59,789 nt of DNA from Bacteroidota bacterium. Lineage in GTDB: Bacteria > CLD3 > SB21. Numbering within the stretch: position 1 is the stretch's first letter; each line of letters begins with the position of its first letter. The notes under the pieces were generated by a model. That model was not told where the DNA came from and ran no database searches. It was given only the letters and a program-made list of their open reading frames with translations. Below, piece after piece: positions 44,518-58,146 of the stretch. The stretch is from assembly GCA_037445875.1 (NCBI GenBank), contig JBBIJR010000010.1:1-59789 (forward strand). The letters run 5' to 3'. A program made the position numbers and the translations under genes.

Positions 44518-44531
44518 TTGACTATAGTCAA
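44518..44531 (-). promoter_or_regulatory. perfect 14-bp palindrome, candidate TA operator
   Basis: TTGACTATAGTCAA lies 14 nt upstream of the antitoxin ATG. It is adjacent to a TATAAT hexamer (minus strand, 44510-44515) that sits only 5 nt from the ATG. Confidence 0.55.
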
Positions 44532-44560
44532 TTTAGCATAACCTACGAACGCTGTCAAGT

Positions 44561-44590
44561 AAAAAAGCCGTCCCCCGGTGACGGCTTCTT
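44561..44590 (-). terminator. rho-independent terminator after the large S8 peptidase gene
   Basis: Stem AAGCCGTC/GACGGCTT (44565-44572 / 44580-44587). On the minus strand it is followed by TTTTTT. It lies about 25 nt after the stop at 44613-44615. Confidence 0.7.
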
Positions 44591-44612
44591 ACTCCGGAAC
44601 GATCGTGAAAGG

Positions 44613-47600
44613 TCATTTCATCAGGATCATTTTGCGGCTCTGCCGGAAACCCTCCGCCGCCAGGCGATAGATATAAAGTCCCGACGACACAGTACGACCG
44701 TGGTCATCCCTGCCATCCCACACGGCAACTTCTATCCCCGGCTGCTCCCGTTCGTCGACGAGCGTCCGCACTTCCTGACCCAGGAGATTGTATATTTTCA
44801 ATACAACGTGTGTCTCACGGGGAAGGGAATACCGGATCGTAGTCGTCGGATTAAAGGGATTGGGGAAGTTCTGTTCGAGCGCGAACCTCTTCGGTCGGCT
44901 GCCTGCGTTAGCATCGATGCCGGTCGATGGCCCCACGTCGATGGTGAACGACTGCTCATCCATTCCGAGCGCGTTGACCGCACGGACCGTCACGTCGACC
45001 ATACCCTGCGACGCCGGCGTCCACGAGACCATGCCGCTGACGGTATCGATCGTCATACCCGAAGGAGAAAGGATCAAATAGTACGAGGGAACAGGGAATC
45101 CGGCGGCACCGGCGTCATACGAGTACGGTTGCCCAACCGCAGCGCTTGTTTCCGGTGCGGACGTGATCGTCGGAGCGGCCGAGTAGGTTTCCGATTTCAG
45201 AATCTCGCCTGAACCCGTGACCGCCCATCCGTCCACCGTGTCGGCGAACATGAGGTGATTGATACCGCCACTCACCGGCGGGAGATACTGCGTGTTCCAC
45301 GTACCCGAGGCCCCGCCCTGAGTGCTCTTGCGCATGTTGCTGCTTCCATCGACATGCCAGAAGTAGGTCGAGTTGGGAGCAGCGGCCACATAGATCGCAC
45401 CCGAACTGGACGGAGGAGCGGCCGCAAACCATCCGGCGCCGCCGTTCGTCGAGCGGTTGATCGTGGCGGTGCTGAAACCGGCCAGACCGTTGGTGACATC
45501 TGCAAAACTCACGCTGTAACTGTTGGCAGCCGTCGTCGATGCACTCGACCATGTGGCTCCACCGTCGGTGGTGCGGTAGATCCTGGAATTGTTGGTCCCA
45601 AACCAGCCGTGCGTCGGCCCGATCCAGCACATGGAATTGTTCCAACCGGCCTCCGTTCCCACCTGGACGGGCTCGGTTGCGATGCGGTACCAGCTTGCTC
45701 CGCCGTCCGTCGTTTTCAGGACGGTCCATTTGCCGCCGACGGGATCGCCCACGGCCACTCCGTTCGTGGCGTCGAACATCTGGATGGCATCGATGAATCC
45801 GCCCGTTTGTGAGAACACCTGCTGCCAGGACGTGCCGCCGTCGGTCGTTCGATAGATATACGTCGAAGACGGGGTAGTTGTCACGAATGCCGTCGTACCG
45901 TCGAGACCGGTAATGTTGTAGATATCTCCCTGGATCGACGAACTGCTCACATCGTCCCAGTTCTCGCCGCCGTCCGTTGTACGGACAACGGTTCCCCCGG
46001 TACCTCCCGCCCAGATGACCGAAGCGTTGACCACCTTGACGCTGTAGAGGTTGGCGGCGGTCGGGACGGTGGTCTGCAGCGACCAGTTGGGCAGGGCCGG
46101 ATATACGGTCATCGCAAAGCCGAAGGCGTCTTTGTCGGCGCCTCCGTTCGAGGACACAGAGACTTTGATGAACACGTTCTTGGAGGTGGCCAGCGATGAA
46201 CTCACATTCAGCACAATCGGCGAGAGCTCAACGGTCTGGCCGGAAGCGACGTTGGCAACGGGAGAAGGATTCTGAAGGACGGTCACGGATGCGTCGGAAC
46301 TCGAGGCCGTGACGTTAAGGTCGGAGGCGCTCGTAAACAATACGTTGCTCAGCGTAAGCACGGCTCGAACGGTGTCGCCTGCGAGGAACACGTAATTCTC
46401 GCCACGGGTCGTGACGGCGCTGTAAGCCACCATGTCAAGTCCCGGATGCGATTCGGTGACCGCTCTCTGGAAGTTCACCCTTCCGTGTCCCATCAATCCG
46501 GAATACGAAGGATTGGCGGCGTCGATCGAATCGGCCGTCGTGCGAATCTGCATTCGAATCTGGTCCGGCGTCCACGAGGGATGAAGTGTTTTCACCAGGC
46601 CTGCGAGTCCGGCGGTCAGAGGAGACGAGAACGACGTCCCGCTGCTGCTGCCGTAACTGGAGCCGCCGGTCTGGTCGAGACAGCCCAAGATGCTCACGCC
46701 CGGTGCATACACCGGTACGGTGACGCCATAGTTGGAGAAGCCCGCTTTGGTATCGCTCAACTGGTTGATGGCGCCCACCGCCAGGACGCCGCGGTAACCG
46801 GACGGATAGTGCTGGAGCAGGTCGTTCCGGTCACCGATGTTGTCGGGCCCTCCGTTACCCGCCGCGGCCACGACCAGAGAACCGAGGTCCGTTACTGCCG
46901 TGATCACGTCTTGCTCGAACTGCGAGTACCCGGTACCTCCCCAGCTGCAGTTGATCACATCGGCTCCGTTTTCGGCGGCGTAGACGATGCCTTCATATCC
47001 GTAGGCGATCAGATTATCGCCCGTGGCCGATGCGGCACACACAGGCATCAGCTGTGGATTGAAGGCCGAGCCGGCCATACCCAGCGCATTGTGCGTGGCC
47101 GCGCCGAAATTGCTGGCCGTCTGTGTGCCGTGATCGGCACTGTTGGGCGTGCCGGCATTTCCTCGCGGATCGGAATTATTGTTCGTGAAATTCCAGCCGA
47201 CGACGTCGTCGACGTACCCGTTGCCGTCCTGGTCGATGCCGTCCAGGTCGCCGCCCGGCGACGGCGAGTTGTCGAACAGGCCGTTGCCGTTCAAGTCCTC
47301 GAGCGCATTGATCCACAGATTGCCCTGCAAGTCCTGATGCGTCCACATCGTTCCGCCGTCCACAGTGGCAATGACGACGCGGTTGGCCTTTGGGATGATG
47401 CCGGAGGCGTTGGAATCGCTGCGAACCACATCCCACGCCTGAGCGGCTTGAAACCGGTTGAAGTACCCGCTCTGAGGAGAGGCGTACGAAGGATCGTTGG
47501 GCACAAAGTCCAGAAAGCGCGTAAATCTCGGTTCCGCGTACTCGATCGATGGATCCATCGACAGCCGGCGCGCTGCTTCGAATTCGTCGCGGCCTCCGTC

Positions 47601-47957
47601 AAGCAAGGCTGTAAAGAACCTGTCCAATCGCGGCCGCATGCTCTCCGACAGCACCGGGAACACTTTCCGAAGAAACCTCACTCCGGCTGCGGCCAGCGCC
47701 TCGTTGGTGCGGACATCATCTGTTCCGGCCAGGCCTTCGTGCACAGCAATATCCGGCTTAAACTTGATGATCACTTCACCTTTCATCACTTCGGGGCGCG
47801 GAAGCAAACCGACCGGATCCACGGGAACGATCGTGCGGGTCGGCTTGGCGGCCTTCGGTATGTGTCCAACGTACGATACGAGCCATAGACCTGCCGTCAT
47901 CGCGAACACGGTCGACACGATCCGGATTCCCAGACGAAACCGACGTATCCTCTTCAT
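44613..47957 (-). CDS. secreted multidomain S8 (subtilisin-family) serine peptidase with BNR/Asp-box propeller, Ig-like domain and T9SS C-terminal sorting domain
   Basis: 1114 aa. The catalytic triad contexts are VVIATVDGG (Asp), DHGTQTASN (His) and GTSFSSPLTAG (Ser). There are repeated SxDxGxxW boxes (TTDGGENW, TTDGGTSW, TTDGGASW, TTDGGATW, STNGGAGW). The C-terminus reads FALEQNFPNPFNPTTTIRYSLP..GLYIYRL. Confidence 0.85.
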   Translation of the reverse strand: MKRIRRFRLGIRIVSTVFAMTAGLWLVSYVGHIPKAAKPTRTIVPVDPVGLLPRPEVMKGEVIIKFKPDIAVHEGLAGTDDVRTNEALAAAGVRFLRKVFPVLSESMRPRLDRFFTALLDGGRDEFEAARRLSMDPSIEYAEPRFTRFLDFVPNDPSYASPQSGYFNRFQAAQAWDVVRSDSNASGIIPKANRVVIATVDGGTMWTHQDLQGNLWINALEDLNGNGLFDNSPSPGGDLDGIDQDGNGYVDDVVGWNFTNNNSDPRGNAGTPNSADHGTQTASNFGAATHNALGMAGSAFNPQLMPVCAASATGDNLIAYGYEGIVYAAENGADVINCSWGGTGYSQFEQDVITAVTDLGSLVVAAAGNGGPDNIGDRNDLLQHYPSGYRGVLAVGAINQLSDTKAGFSNYGVTVPVYAPGVSILGCLDQTGGSSYGSSSGTSFSSPLTAGLAGLVKTLHPSWTPDQIRMQIRTTADSIDAANPSYSGLMGHGRVNFQRAVTESHPGLDMVAYSAVTTRGENYVFLAGDTVRAVLTLSNVLFTSASDLNVTASSSDASVTVLQNPSPVANVASGQTVELSPIVLNVSSSLATSKNVFIKVSVSSNGGADKDAFGFAMTVYPALPNWSLQTTVPTAANLYSVKVVNASVIWAGGTGGTVVRTTDGGENWDDVSSSSIQGDIYNITGLDGTTAFVTTTPSSTYIYRTTDGGTSWQQVFSQTGGFIDAIQMFDATNGVAVGDPVGGKWTVLKTTDGGASWYRIATEPVQVGTEAGWNNSMCWIGPTHGWFGTNNSRIYRTTDGGATWSSASTTAANSYSVSFADVTNGLAGFSTATINRSTNGGAGWFAAAPPSSSGAIYVAAAPNSTYFWHVDGSSNMRKSTQGGASGTWNTQYLPPVSGGINHLMFADTVDGWAVTGSGEILKSETYSAAPTITSAPETSAAVGQPYSYDAGAAGFPVPSYYLILSPSGMTIDTVSGMVSWTPASQGMVDVTVRAVNALGMDEQSFTIDVGPSTGIDANAGSRPKRFALEQNFPNPFNPTTTIRYSLPRETHVVLKIYNLLGQEVRTLVDEREQPGIEVAVWDGRDDHGRTVSSGLYIYRLAAEGFRQSRKMILMK

Positions 47958-48104
47958 GAGCTACTCCAGGGGATGATTTGAAATGGAAAGGGATTTCGTT
48001 GACCGGCATGATAGAAAAAAGCCGGGCGGCAAACAAGAAGAAACCTTTGTTTTGTGCAATGGCCCGCCGATACCGGGAGATCGGGGCTCAAGCGCGTTCT
48101 TGCC

Positions 48105-49325
48105 TCACGATCTCAACCCTGCGGGTGTCCGGGGCGTCGTGATCAATTGGGTGAACACCTCCCATCGGCCTTTGGTAGACGCGCCGGCGTGCCGCTCAAT
48201 GTACGACTTGATCAGGTCCTGGCCGAGATTGTAGTTGATCACGTAACTGCGGTACTTCTCGAAAAAACGAATCCGCTGAGCGGCGCGTTCCGGAGAGAAC
48301 AGCGCGTATCGGACCAGCCAGTCCGCCGCTTCCTTTCCCGTCATGCGGCCGTCGAGATAGCCACGGGCCGCTTCGTTGCCGGCGTACGCCAGACGGCCGG
48401 TCAGCGTGTGGACTGCGTAGTACTCCTCGGCCCTCCGCGGGTCGAGCCCGGCCGCCGGAAACAGTACGTCGCGTTCGAAGCCAACGCGGCTGTCCGTCGG
48501 GAACGTCACTTCGATACCGTGATTGGCCGTGCCTTCCGCGATCAATGACTGGGGGCTGAACAAGGCGTAGACCGTGAATTCGATCCACCCTCGCTGTCGA
48601 ACGAGTCCCGCTTCGAGCAGCGCATTGTACACGTGATGGCCGGGATAGCCCTCGTGGCAAGCCAGATCGATCGCACGGTCGATGAAGATCGGAAGATCCG
48701 TGTTCACCTGGATCAGACTGTAAAATCCGCCCTTGTACCAATTATATCCGCTCCACGGCTTGTCGTTCACATATTCCACCTTGAAGTCTTCGCCTTTCGG
48801 AAGCTGAACATGCTCCTGCGTCCGTCTTCTGCACTCTCGAACGGCCGCCTGAAAGACATCGTCCAACCGCGGTTTCGGAATGATGAAAGCCTGCCGAAAC
48901 ATGTCGAGGCGGTCCGACACCGGGCCGCTGCCGGGAAGCCGTTCATCCAGGTCTGCGAGGAGACGCTCGAAGTGGTCCGAGGAGAAAGAAGGAGCAACCG
49001 CGTCGTACAAGGCGCTCGATTCTTCGTCGAACGACAGGCGGCGTCCGGAGAGCATTTCGAGCCGGGCACGGGCCGCACTCACCTGCTTGCGAAGGTACTG
49101 CAGTCGGAGTTGTTCGAGATCGTCAATCCCCGCGGCATCCAGGCGGGCCAGGGCATCCGAGAGCGTGTCGGCTTCGCAGCAAAGCGCCCCAAGCGAACAA
49201 GCTCCGTCCCGGTCTGATAGAACGGGTTTCAGCGACTCGGGGCCGTAGTATGCGTCGACGTAGTCGGGGTCGTGCAATCCGATCCCGAGAATCAGGCGAA
49301 CGTAGCGTTCGGCTAAGGCGTTCAT
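48105..49325 (-). CDS. DUF885-like putative metallopeptidase-fold protein
   Basis: 406 aa with the motif ..DLACHEGYPGHHVYNAL.. (HExxPGHH as in DUF885). The assignment is by motif only. Confidence 0.5.
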   Translation of the reverse strand: MNALAERYVRLILGIGLHDPDYVDAYYGPESLKPVLSDRDGACSLGALCCEADTLSDALARLDAAGIDDLEQLRLQYLRKQVSAARARLEMLSGRRLSFDEESSALYDAVAPSFSSDHFERLLADLDERLPGSGPVSDRLDMFRQAFIIPKPRLDDVFQAAVRECRRRTQEHVQLPKGEDFKVEYVNDKPWSGYNWYKGGFYSLIQVNTDLPIFIDRAIDLACHEGYPGHHVYNALLEAGLVRQRGWIEFTVYALFSPQSLIAEGTANHGIEVTFPTDSRVGFERDVLFPAAGLDPRRAEEYYAVHTLTGRLAYAGNEAARGYLDGRMTGKEAADWLVRYALFSPERAAQRIRFFEKYRSYVINYNLGQDLIKSYIERHAGASTKGRWEVFTQLITTPRTPAGLRS

Positions 49326-49340
49326 GGCGATGTCTCCACG

Positions 49341-51533
49341 TTACAGCATGTCCCTGCGTTTGCGAATGAACCACTCCGCCGCCAACAGGCCGGCGAGAAG
49401 GAAGAGCCAGTACGTCTTGTTCCAGATTTCCATCTCTTCGTTCTGCTCGATCGTTCTGCTCTCGTAACGCAGGCTCGGGAGCAGTTCCGTCCATCGTTCG
49501 GCGGGCCGGTAGAGTCCGCCGCTCGCCGACGCCAGCTGCTGAAGCAGGCGCTCGTTCAGGGAGGTGTTCACCAACTCGATGCTGAACGGCTCCACGGTCA
49601 ACAGGCCGCGGTCGCCGCCCAGCTTGTAGTCGCCGCGCAGGGCCTCGCCTTCGAACGTGTAGTCGCCGACATCGAGGCCCTCGAGCCGGCCCTCGTAGCG
49701 GCCGTTTCCCGCAGATTCCAGTTGAAGGTCGATCGACGGCCCGCTTTTGGCCGTAAGGCGTACACGCACGACCGCGTCCGAGACCGGACGGAAGTCTTCA
49801 TCGTACACTTGCCCCGCAAAGAAAATCTTCTCGGCGCTTCGATACGTGCTCTTCGACGTCGTGATGACGACGGGCTTGCTGTCTTCCCGAGTACCCAGCC
49901 AGCGAACGGTGTTCGACACCCACTGCCGGTACGTATCGTTGGAGCGACCGAGGCCCTTCATCACGAAATACGTTTTCCACCACCCGTAGCCGGCCGTCAC
50001 GACCGACTTGGTGTGCGAGGTCTTGCGGGACAACACCAGCGGCACGTCTCCCCGAAGACGCAGGGCATGAGGCGCCTGCGTCAGGTCCGCGCGAACCAGC
50101 ACTTCGCTGCCTTTGAGCGGAGCGCCCATGGCTCCACCGATCCAGACCGGAGGAAGTTCCGCCCACAAACGTGCGCTCTCATCGGGATCGGATGCCGCAC
50201 GGGTCATCACGCTGTTCTTTCCCGCCGCACTCAGCAGCGGATGCACGGCGGTTTCCTCCAGCGACCGGTCCGCCTGGAACGACGCAGCCAGTATCTCCTT
50301 CAGACTTTCGAGTTTGGTGACATCGGCCGTGGGACCGTACCAGTACCAGACCGGTTTGTTCTGTGTCTTTATTGTTTCGACGTACTTCGTCAAGATCGAC
50401 GCGCGGCTTCGTGCCGTCGGGTACTGGTTGAACAGATACACGTCCGTTTCCTCTGTACCCGGCCGCTGTTCATCCGTTTCGACGCTCAGAAGCTCTCCGT
50501 CCGCCTTCTCGACGAGAGCGTGAACCGTCACGTTCGGGTCTTCGGCGAGCACCTGATAGAGCAGGCTGTGGTCCGAGCCGGCCGCGCCGGAGACCAGCTC
50601 GACGCGCATCCGGTTCTTCAGGATCTTGATGAAGAACGTGCGCCGATTGTTCCGGTCGGTAAGTTCCCCCGGCAGCGGGCTCACGGCCACCGTGAATTTC
50701 TGCGTCCCGACTTCCTCGGCCTTGAAATCGAACGAGACGGTGACGGGCACACCGTCTTCGGAAGCCTCGACGTACTGCGTTCCGATGGTACGGTCCTTCC
50801 ACAGCAGTTGAACTGTGAGGCGTTTGCCGCGGTATCCGAACGAAGTGATGCCCACGTCCACCGGCACGGCCGTTTCCATGTAGGCCGTTTCGTTGGTAAG
50901 GAGCTGGTGGATGAACACGTCCTTCGACTCGGAGGGATTGCCGACGCCGATCGTGTGGACGGGCACGCCTATGGCCGGTGCAAGGTGAATGGGATTGCTT
51001 CCGACATTGTACTGGCCGTCGGATACGACAACGGCTGCGGCGAAGTTGGTACCCGCGAGTCGTTTTTTCACTGTCTCAAGGGCTGAGGCGAGGTCGGTGG
51101 CCGGCCCTTGGAAGCGGAGCGTATCGAGCTCGTCCGTCATGGGAAACGACTCGTCGGAAAAACGGAACCAGCGCAACTCGGACGTTGCCGCAAGACGGCG
51201 GAGAGAATCCGACGACCGGATCGCTTCCACGGCGGCCCGGCGGTCGCCTGCGACATCGGTGATCCCCATGCTTTCCGAGTCATCGATCAACAGGGCAATG
51301 ACTGGCGGTTCACGGCGGACGGAAGTGAGCGAGAGGATGGGTTCAAAAAGAACGAACAGCAGGATGACCAGCGAAGCGCTGCGCAGGCTTGCCAGTGTAC
51401 GTCGAAGAAAGACGGACACGGCGGGGACGGTTTGCCGGTAAGACCAGAACGAAAACGCGACGGCGGCAGCGGCCAGGAGCAGGAAAATGAAAACGCTCCA
51501 TGCGAAGCCCAGATGAACCTGTGTGTATTCCAA
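49341..51533 (-). CDS. Bat-like membrane protein with N-terminal double-TM segment and VWA/MIDAS motif
   Basis: 730 aa with a TTG start. There are two N-terminal TM helices, a DxSxS MIDAS motif (VIALLIDDSESMG), a large extracytoplasmic body and a C-terminal TM (YWLFLLAGLLAAEWFIRKRR). It lies downstream of a BatC-like TPR gene. Confidence 0.6.
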   Translation of the reverse strand: MEYTQVHLGFAWSVFIFLLLAAAAVAFSFWSYRQTVPAVSVFLRRTLASLRSASLVILLFVLFEPILSLTSVRREPPVIALLIDDSESMGITDVAGDRRAAVEAIRSSDSLRRLAATSELRWFRFSDESFPMTDELDTLRFQGPATDLASALETVKKRLAGTNFAAAVVVSDGQYNVGSNPIHLAPAIGVPVHTIGVGNPSESKDVFIHQLLTNETAYMETAVPVDVGITSFGYRGKRLTVQLLWKDRTIGTQYVEASEDGVPVTVSFDFKAEEVGTQKFTVAVSPLPGELTDRNNRRTFFIKILKNRMRVELVSGAAGSDHSLLYQVLAEDPNVTVHALVEKADGELLSVETDEQRPGTEETDVYLFNQYPTARSRASILTKYVETIKTQNKPVWYWYGPTADVTKLESLKEILAASFQADRSLEETAVHPLLSAAGKNSVMTRAASDPDESARLWAELPPVWIGGAMGAPLKGSEVLVRADLTQAPHALRLRGDVPLVLSRKTSHTKSVVTAGYGWWKTYFVMKGLGRSNDTYRQWVSNTVRWLGTREDSKPVVITTSKSTYRSAEKIFFAGQVYDEDFRPVSDAVVRVRLTAKSGPSIDLQLESAGNGRYEGRLEGLDVGDYTFEGEALRGDYKLGGDRGLLTVEPFSIELVNTSLNERLLQQLASASGGLYRPAERWTELLPSLRYESRTIEQNEEMEIWNKTYWLFLLAGLLAAEWFIRKRRDML

Positions 51534-51555
51534 TCGTGGAGTTCCTTTTCCGCCG

Positions 51556-52281
51556 CTACCAGTCCTTGTCTGTATTGGACTCCTTCAGGGCCTTTTCCTT
51601 GACCTTTTTCTTCTGATAGTCTTTTTCCAGGTTCTTCAGCGCATCGAGGAGCCGCTCCGCTTCTTTCTTGGTAAGGCCCTGGTTCTGCGCCATCGACCGT
51701 TTCTCCTCGGAGGGCTGGTTCGGATCAGGTTTGTTTTGCTCGTTCTTGTTCTTCTGTTCCTGCTTGTCCTGCTTCTGCTCGTTCTTGTCCTCCTGCTTCG
51801 GCAATTTCTTCTCGTCGTCCCCTTTCTGCGGCGGGGACGGCTCTTTCTGCAACTGCTTCAGGGCGTACTCGAGATTGAATCGCGCGTCCTCATCGGTTGG
51901 GTTCTTTCGGAGGACTTGCTTATAGCCGTCGATGCTCTCCTGGAGTTTTTGACTCTTGTATAAGCAGTTGGCGATGTTGTACTGGATATCCGAGCTCAGG
52001 CGCTGGTCATCGGTATTTGCCAGGGCCCGCTGGTAGAACGGCAGGGCCTGATCGTACTGCTGCATGCGATACAGCGCGTTCCCGATGTTGTAATTGAGCA
52101 CCGGATCGTTCGGGTTCTTGTCCAGCAGATTCTTGTACAACTCGATTGCCGAGGACAGCTCACCCTTGTCGTACGTCTTGTCCGCGAGGTGCTGCCGATA
52201 GCCGGTTTGCGCGTGAGGAGACGATGCAGCTCCCGCGAAAAAGGCGAAGATTCCGATCAGGATGAGGACTCGAAGTCTCAT
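51556..52281 (-). CDS. TPR protein with Lys/Glu/Gln-rich tail (BatC-like)
   Basis: Track ORF trimmed to MRLRVLILIGIFAFFAGAASSPHAQ (ATG 52279-52281). It has TPR units (..AIELYKNLLDKNPNDPVLNYNIGNALYRMQQYDQALPFYQRAL..) and a low-complexity tail ..KQEDKNEQKQDKQEQKNKNEQNK.. Confidence 0.65.
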   Translation of the reverse strand: MRLRVLILIGIFAFFAGAASSPHAQTGYRQHLADKTYDKGELSSAIELYKNLLDKNPNDPVLNYNIGNALYRMQQYDQALPFYQRALANTDDQRLSSDIQYNIANCLYKSQKLQESIDGYKQVLRKNPTDEDARFNLEYALKQLQKEPSPPQKGDDEKKLPKQEDKNEQKQDKQEQKNKNEQNKPDPNQPSEEKRSMAQNQGLTKKEAERLLDALKNLEKDYQKKKVKEKALKESNTDKDW

Positions 52282-52415
52282 AGATGGAAAAAGGATAGGA
52301 AAAAAATGAGTTTGATGCAATGGGAGCGTGGGGAGACTCAACGTACACCAAACTCGATGTTGTAAATCAGAACCGCACCCTTTATATTCGCTGTGACATT
52401 CAAACCAATCCTCTC

Positions 52416-54269
52416 ATGAACGCTCTCCCTCTCATCCTGGGCGCGTTGTGCGTCATGGCGATCGCCTATCGGTACTACAGCGCGTTTATCGCCGCCCGTG
52501 TGGTCACGCTCGATGACCGGCGCACGACGCCCGCCCATGCGATGAACGACGGACAGAACTACTACCCCACGAACAAGTGGGTGCTGTTCGGCCACCATTT
52601 CGCCGCCATTTCGGGTGCGGGTCCGCTTATCGGACCCGTACTGGCCACACAGTTCGGTTTCCTGCCCGGTTTTCTCTGGCTGCTGATCGGCGTCGTGCTG
52701 GCCGGCGCGGTGCAGGATTTCGTCATCCTTGCCGCCTCGATCCGCCGCAGCGGTAAATCGCTCGCGGAAATCGCCCGGCACGAAATCAGCCCCACGGCCG
52801 CCCTGATCGGTTCGATCGCGATCCTGTTCGTGGTCGTCGTCGCGCTCGCAGGGCTGGGCCTCGCCGTGGTCAATGCGCTTCGCGAGAGTTCCTGGGGTAC
52901 CTTCACCATCGCGATGACGATCCCGCTGGCATTGTTCGTGGGATTATGGATGTACCGCATCCGGCCGGGGAAGGTCGGTGAGGCGAGCCTAATCGGCGTG
53001 ATCGGCGTACTGCTGTCGGTTATTCTGGGCGCCTACGTTCCCGGCTCGTTCCTCGCGCCGTATTTCACGTTCTCCCGCGAAGGCATCATCATCGCGCTAG
53101 CTGTGTACGGATTCATCGCGTCGGTGCTGCCGGTGTGGCTGCTGCTGTGCCCGAGGGATTATCTCAGCTCGTATATGAAGATCGGTACCATCGCCGCTCT
53201 CGTGATCGGGGTCATCATCGTCGCACCCGACCTGAAGATGCCCGCCTTTACCGACTACGTCCACGGCGGCGGCCCGATCATTCCCGGCAAGATATTCCCC
53301 TTCGTGTTCATCACGATCGCGTGCGGCGCGATATCGGGGTTTCATTCACTCGTGGCCTCGGGCACGACTCCCAAGATGATCAACCGCGAATCCGAGGCGC
53401 GGATGATCGGATACGGCGCGATGTTGATGGAAGGCCTCGTGGGCATCGTGGCGCTGATCGCCTCGAGTTCGCTCTTCCCCAGCGATTATTTCGCCATCAA
53501 CGTTTCGGCGGAGACGTTTGTGAAGCTGGGCCTGTCACCGGTGCATCTGGAGGAATTCAGCCGCGAAATTGGAGAGGCCCTAGCAGGGCGCCCCGGCGGT
53601 GCGGTGTCGCTGGCGGTGGGTTTTGCGCAGATCTTCAGCGGTGTCCCGGGCATGAAGCACCTCGTCTCGTACTGGTACCACTTCGCCATCATGTTCGAGG
53701 CTCTGTTCATTCTGACCACGATCGACACGGGCACGCGCGTGGCGAGGTTTCTGGTGCAGGAATTCGGCGGCCGTGTGTGGAAGCCGTTCGACCGGACGGA
53801 CTGGATGCCGGGCACGTTCCTCTCGACCGGACTCGTCGTATTTGCGTGGGCCTCATTCATCTGGGCGGGCAGTGTGAGTACGATATGGCCGATGTTCGGT
53901 ACGGCCAATCAGCTCCTCGCCGCCGTAGCGCTGGCCGTGGGCACGAGCGCGATCATCAACGCGGGTAAGAAACAATACGCCTGGGTCACGCTGGTGCCGC
54001 TTGCGTTCGTCTCCGTGACCACATTGACGGCAGGCCTGCTCAACATCACGGACAATTTCCTGCCGCTGGCGGCGAACGCCAACACGGCCGTGCAGGCATG
54101 GGTGAACATCGTGATGACGGCCGTGATGATGGTGTGTGCCGTTGTGGTGCTGGTAGAGGCCGCGCGGCGATGGTACCTGGTGCTAAGAAAGAACCAATAC
54201 GTAGTAGGAGGACAGAGAGTGGACGGCGCACAGGAAGGTTTTTCACCGCCGGAGTACGGGTGTTGTTGA
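52416..54269 (+). CDS. cstA: carbon starvation protein A (peptide/pyruvate transporter family)
   Basis: Track ORF trimmed to [29 protein letters not shown].. It continues ..[22 protein letters not shown].. and has many TM helices. Length is about 617 aa. Confidence 0.9.
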   Translation: MNALPLILGALCVMAIAYRYYSAFIAARVVTLDDRRTTPAHAMNDGQNYYPTNKWVLFGHHFAAISGAGPLIGPVLATQFGFLPGFLWLLIGVVLAGAVQDFVILAASIRRSGKSLAEIARHEISPTAALIGSIAILFVVVVALAGLGLAVVNALRESSWGTFTIAMTIPLALFVGLWMYRIRPGKVGEASLIGVIGVLLSVILGAYVPGSFLAPYFTFSREGIIIALAVYGFIASVLPVWLLLCPRDYLSSYMKIGTIAALVIGVIIVAPDLKMPAFTDYVHGGGPIIPGKIFPFVFITIACGAISGFHSLVASGTTPKMINRESEARMIGYGAMLMEGLVGIVALIASSSLFPSDYFAINVSAETFVKLGLSPVHLEEFSREIGEALAGRPGGAVSLAVGFAQIFSGVPGMKHLVSYWYHFAIMFEALFILTTIDTGTRVARFLVQEFGGRVWKPFDRTDWMPGTFLSTGLVVFAWASFIWAGSVSTIWPMFGTANQLLAAVALAVGTSAIINAGKKQYAWVTLVPLAFVSVTTLTAGLLNITDNFLPLAANANTAVQAWVNIVMTAVMMVCAVVVLVEAARRWYLVLRKNQYVVGGQRVDGAQEGFSPPEYGCC

Positions 54270-54376
54270 ATCAAACTGTGCCAGGCCACGAAGGGCAGCC
54301 GGATTCGTGCACTGGACGAGCCCTGAAGGGTTCGACTACCGTCCACGGTTGCACTGAGAGACTCGTGCCATGAGCC

Positions 54377-58146
<3,770 letters not shown>

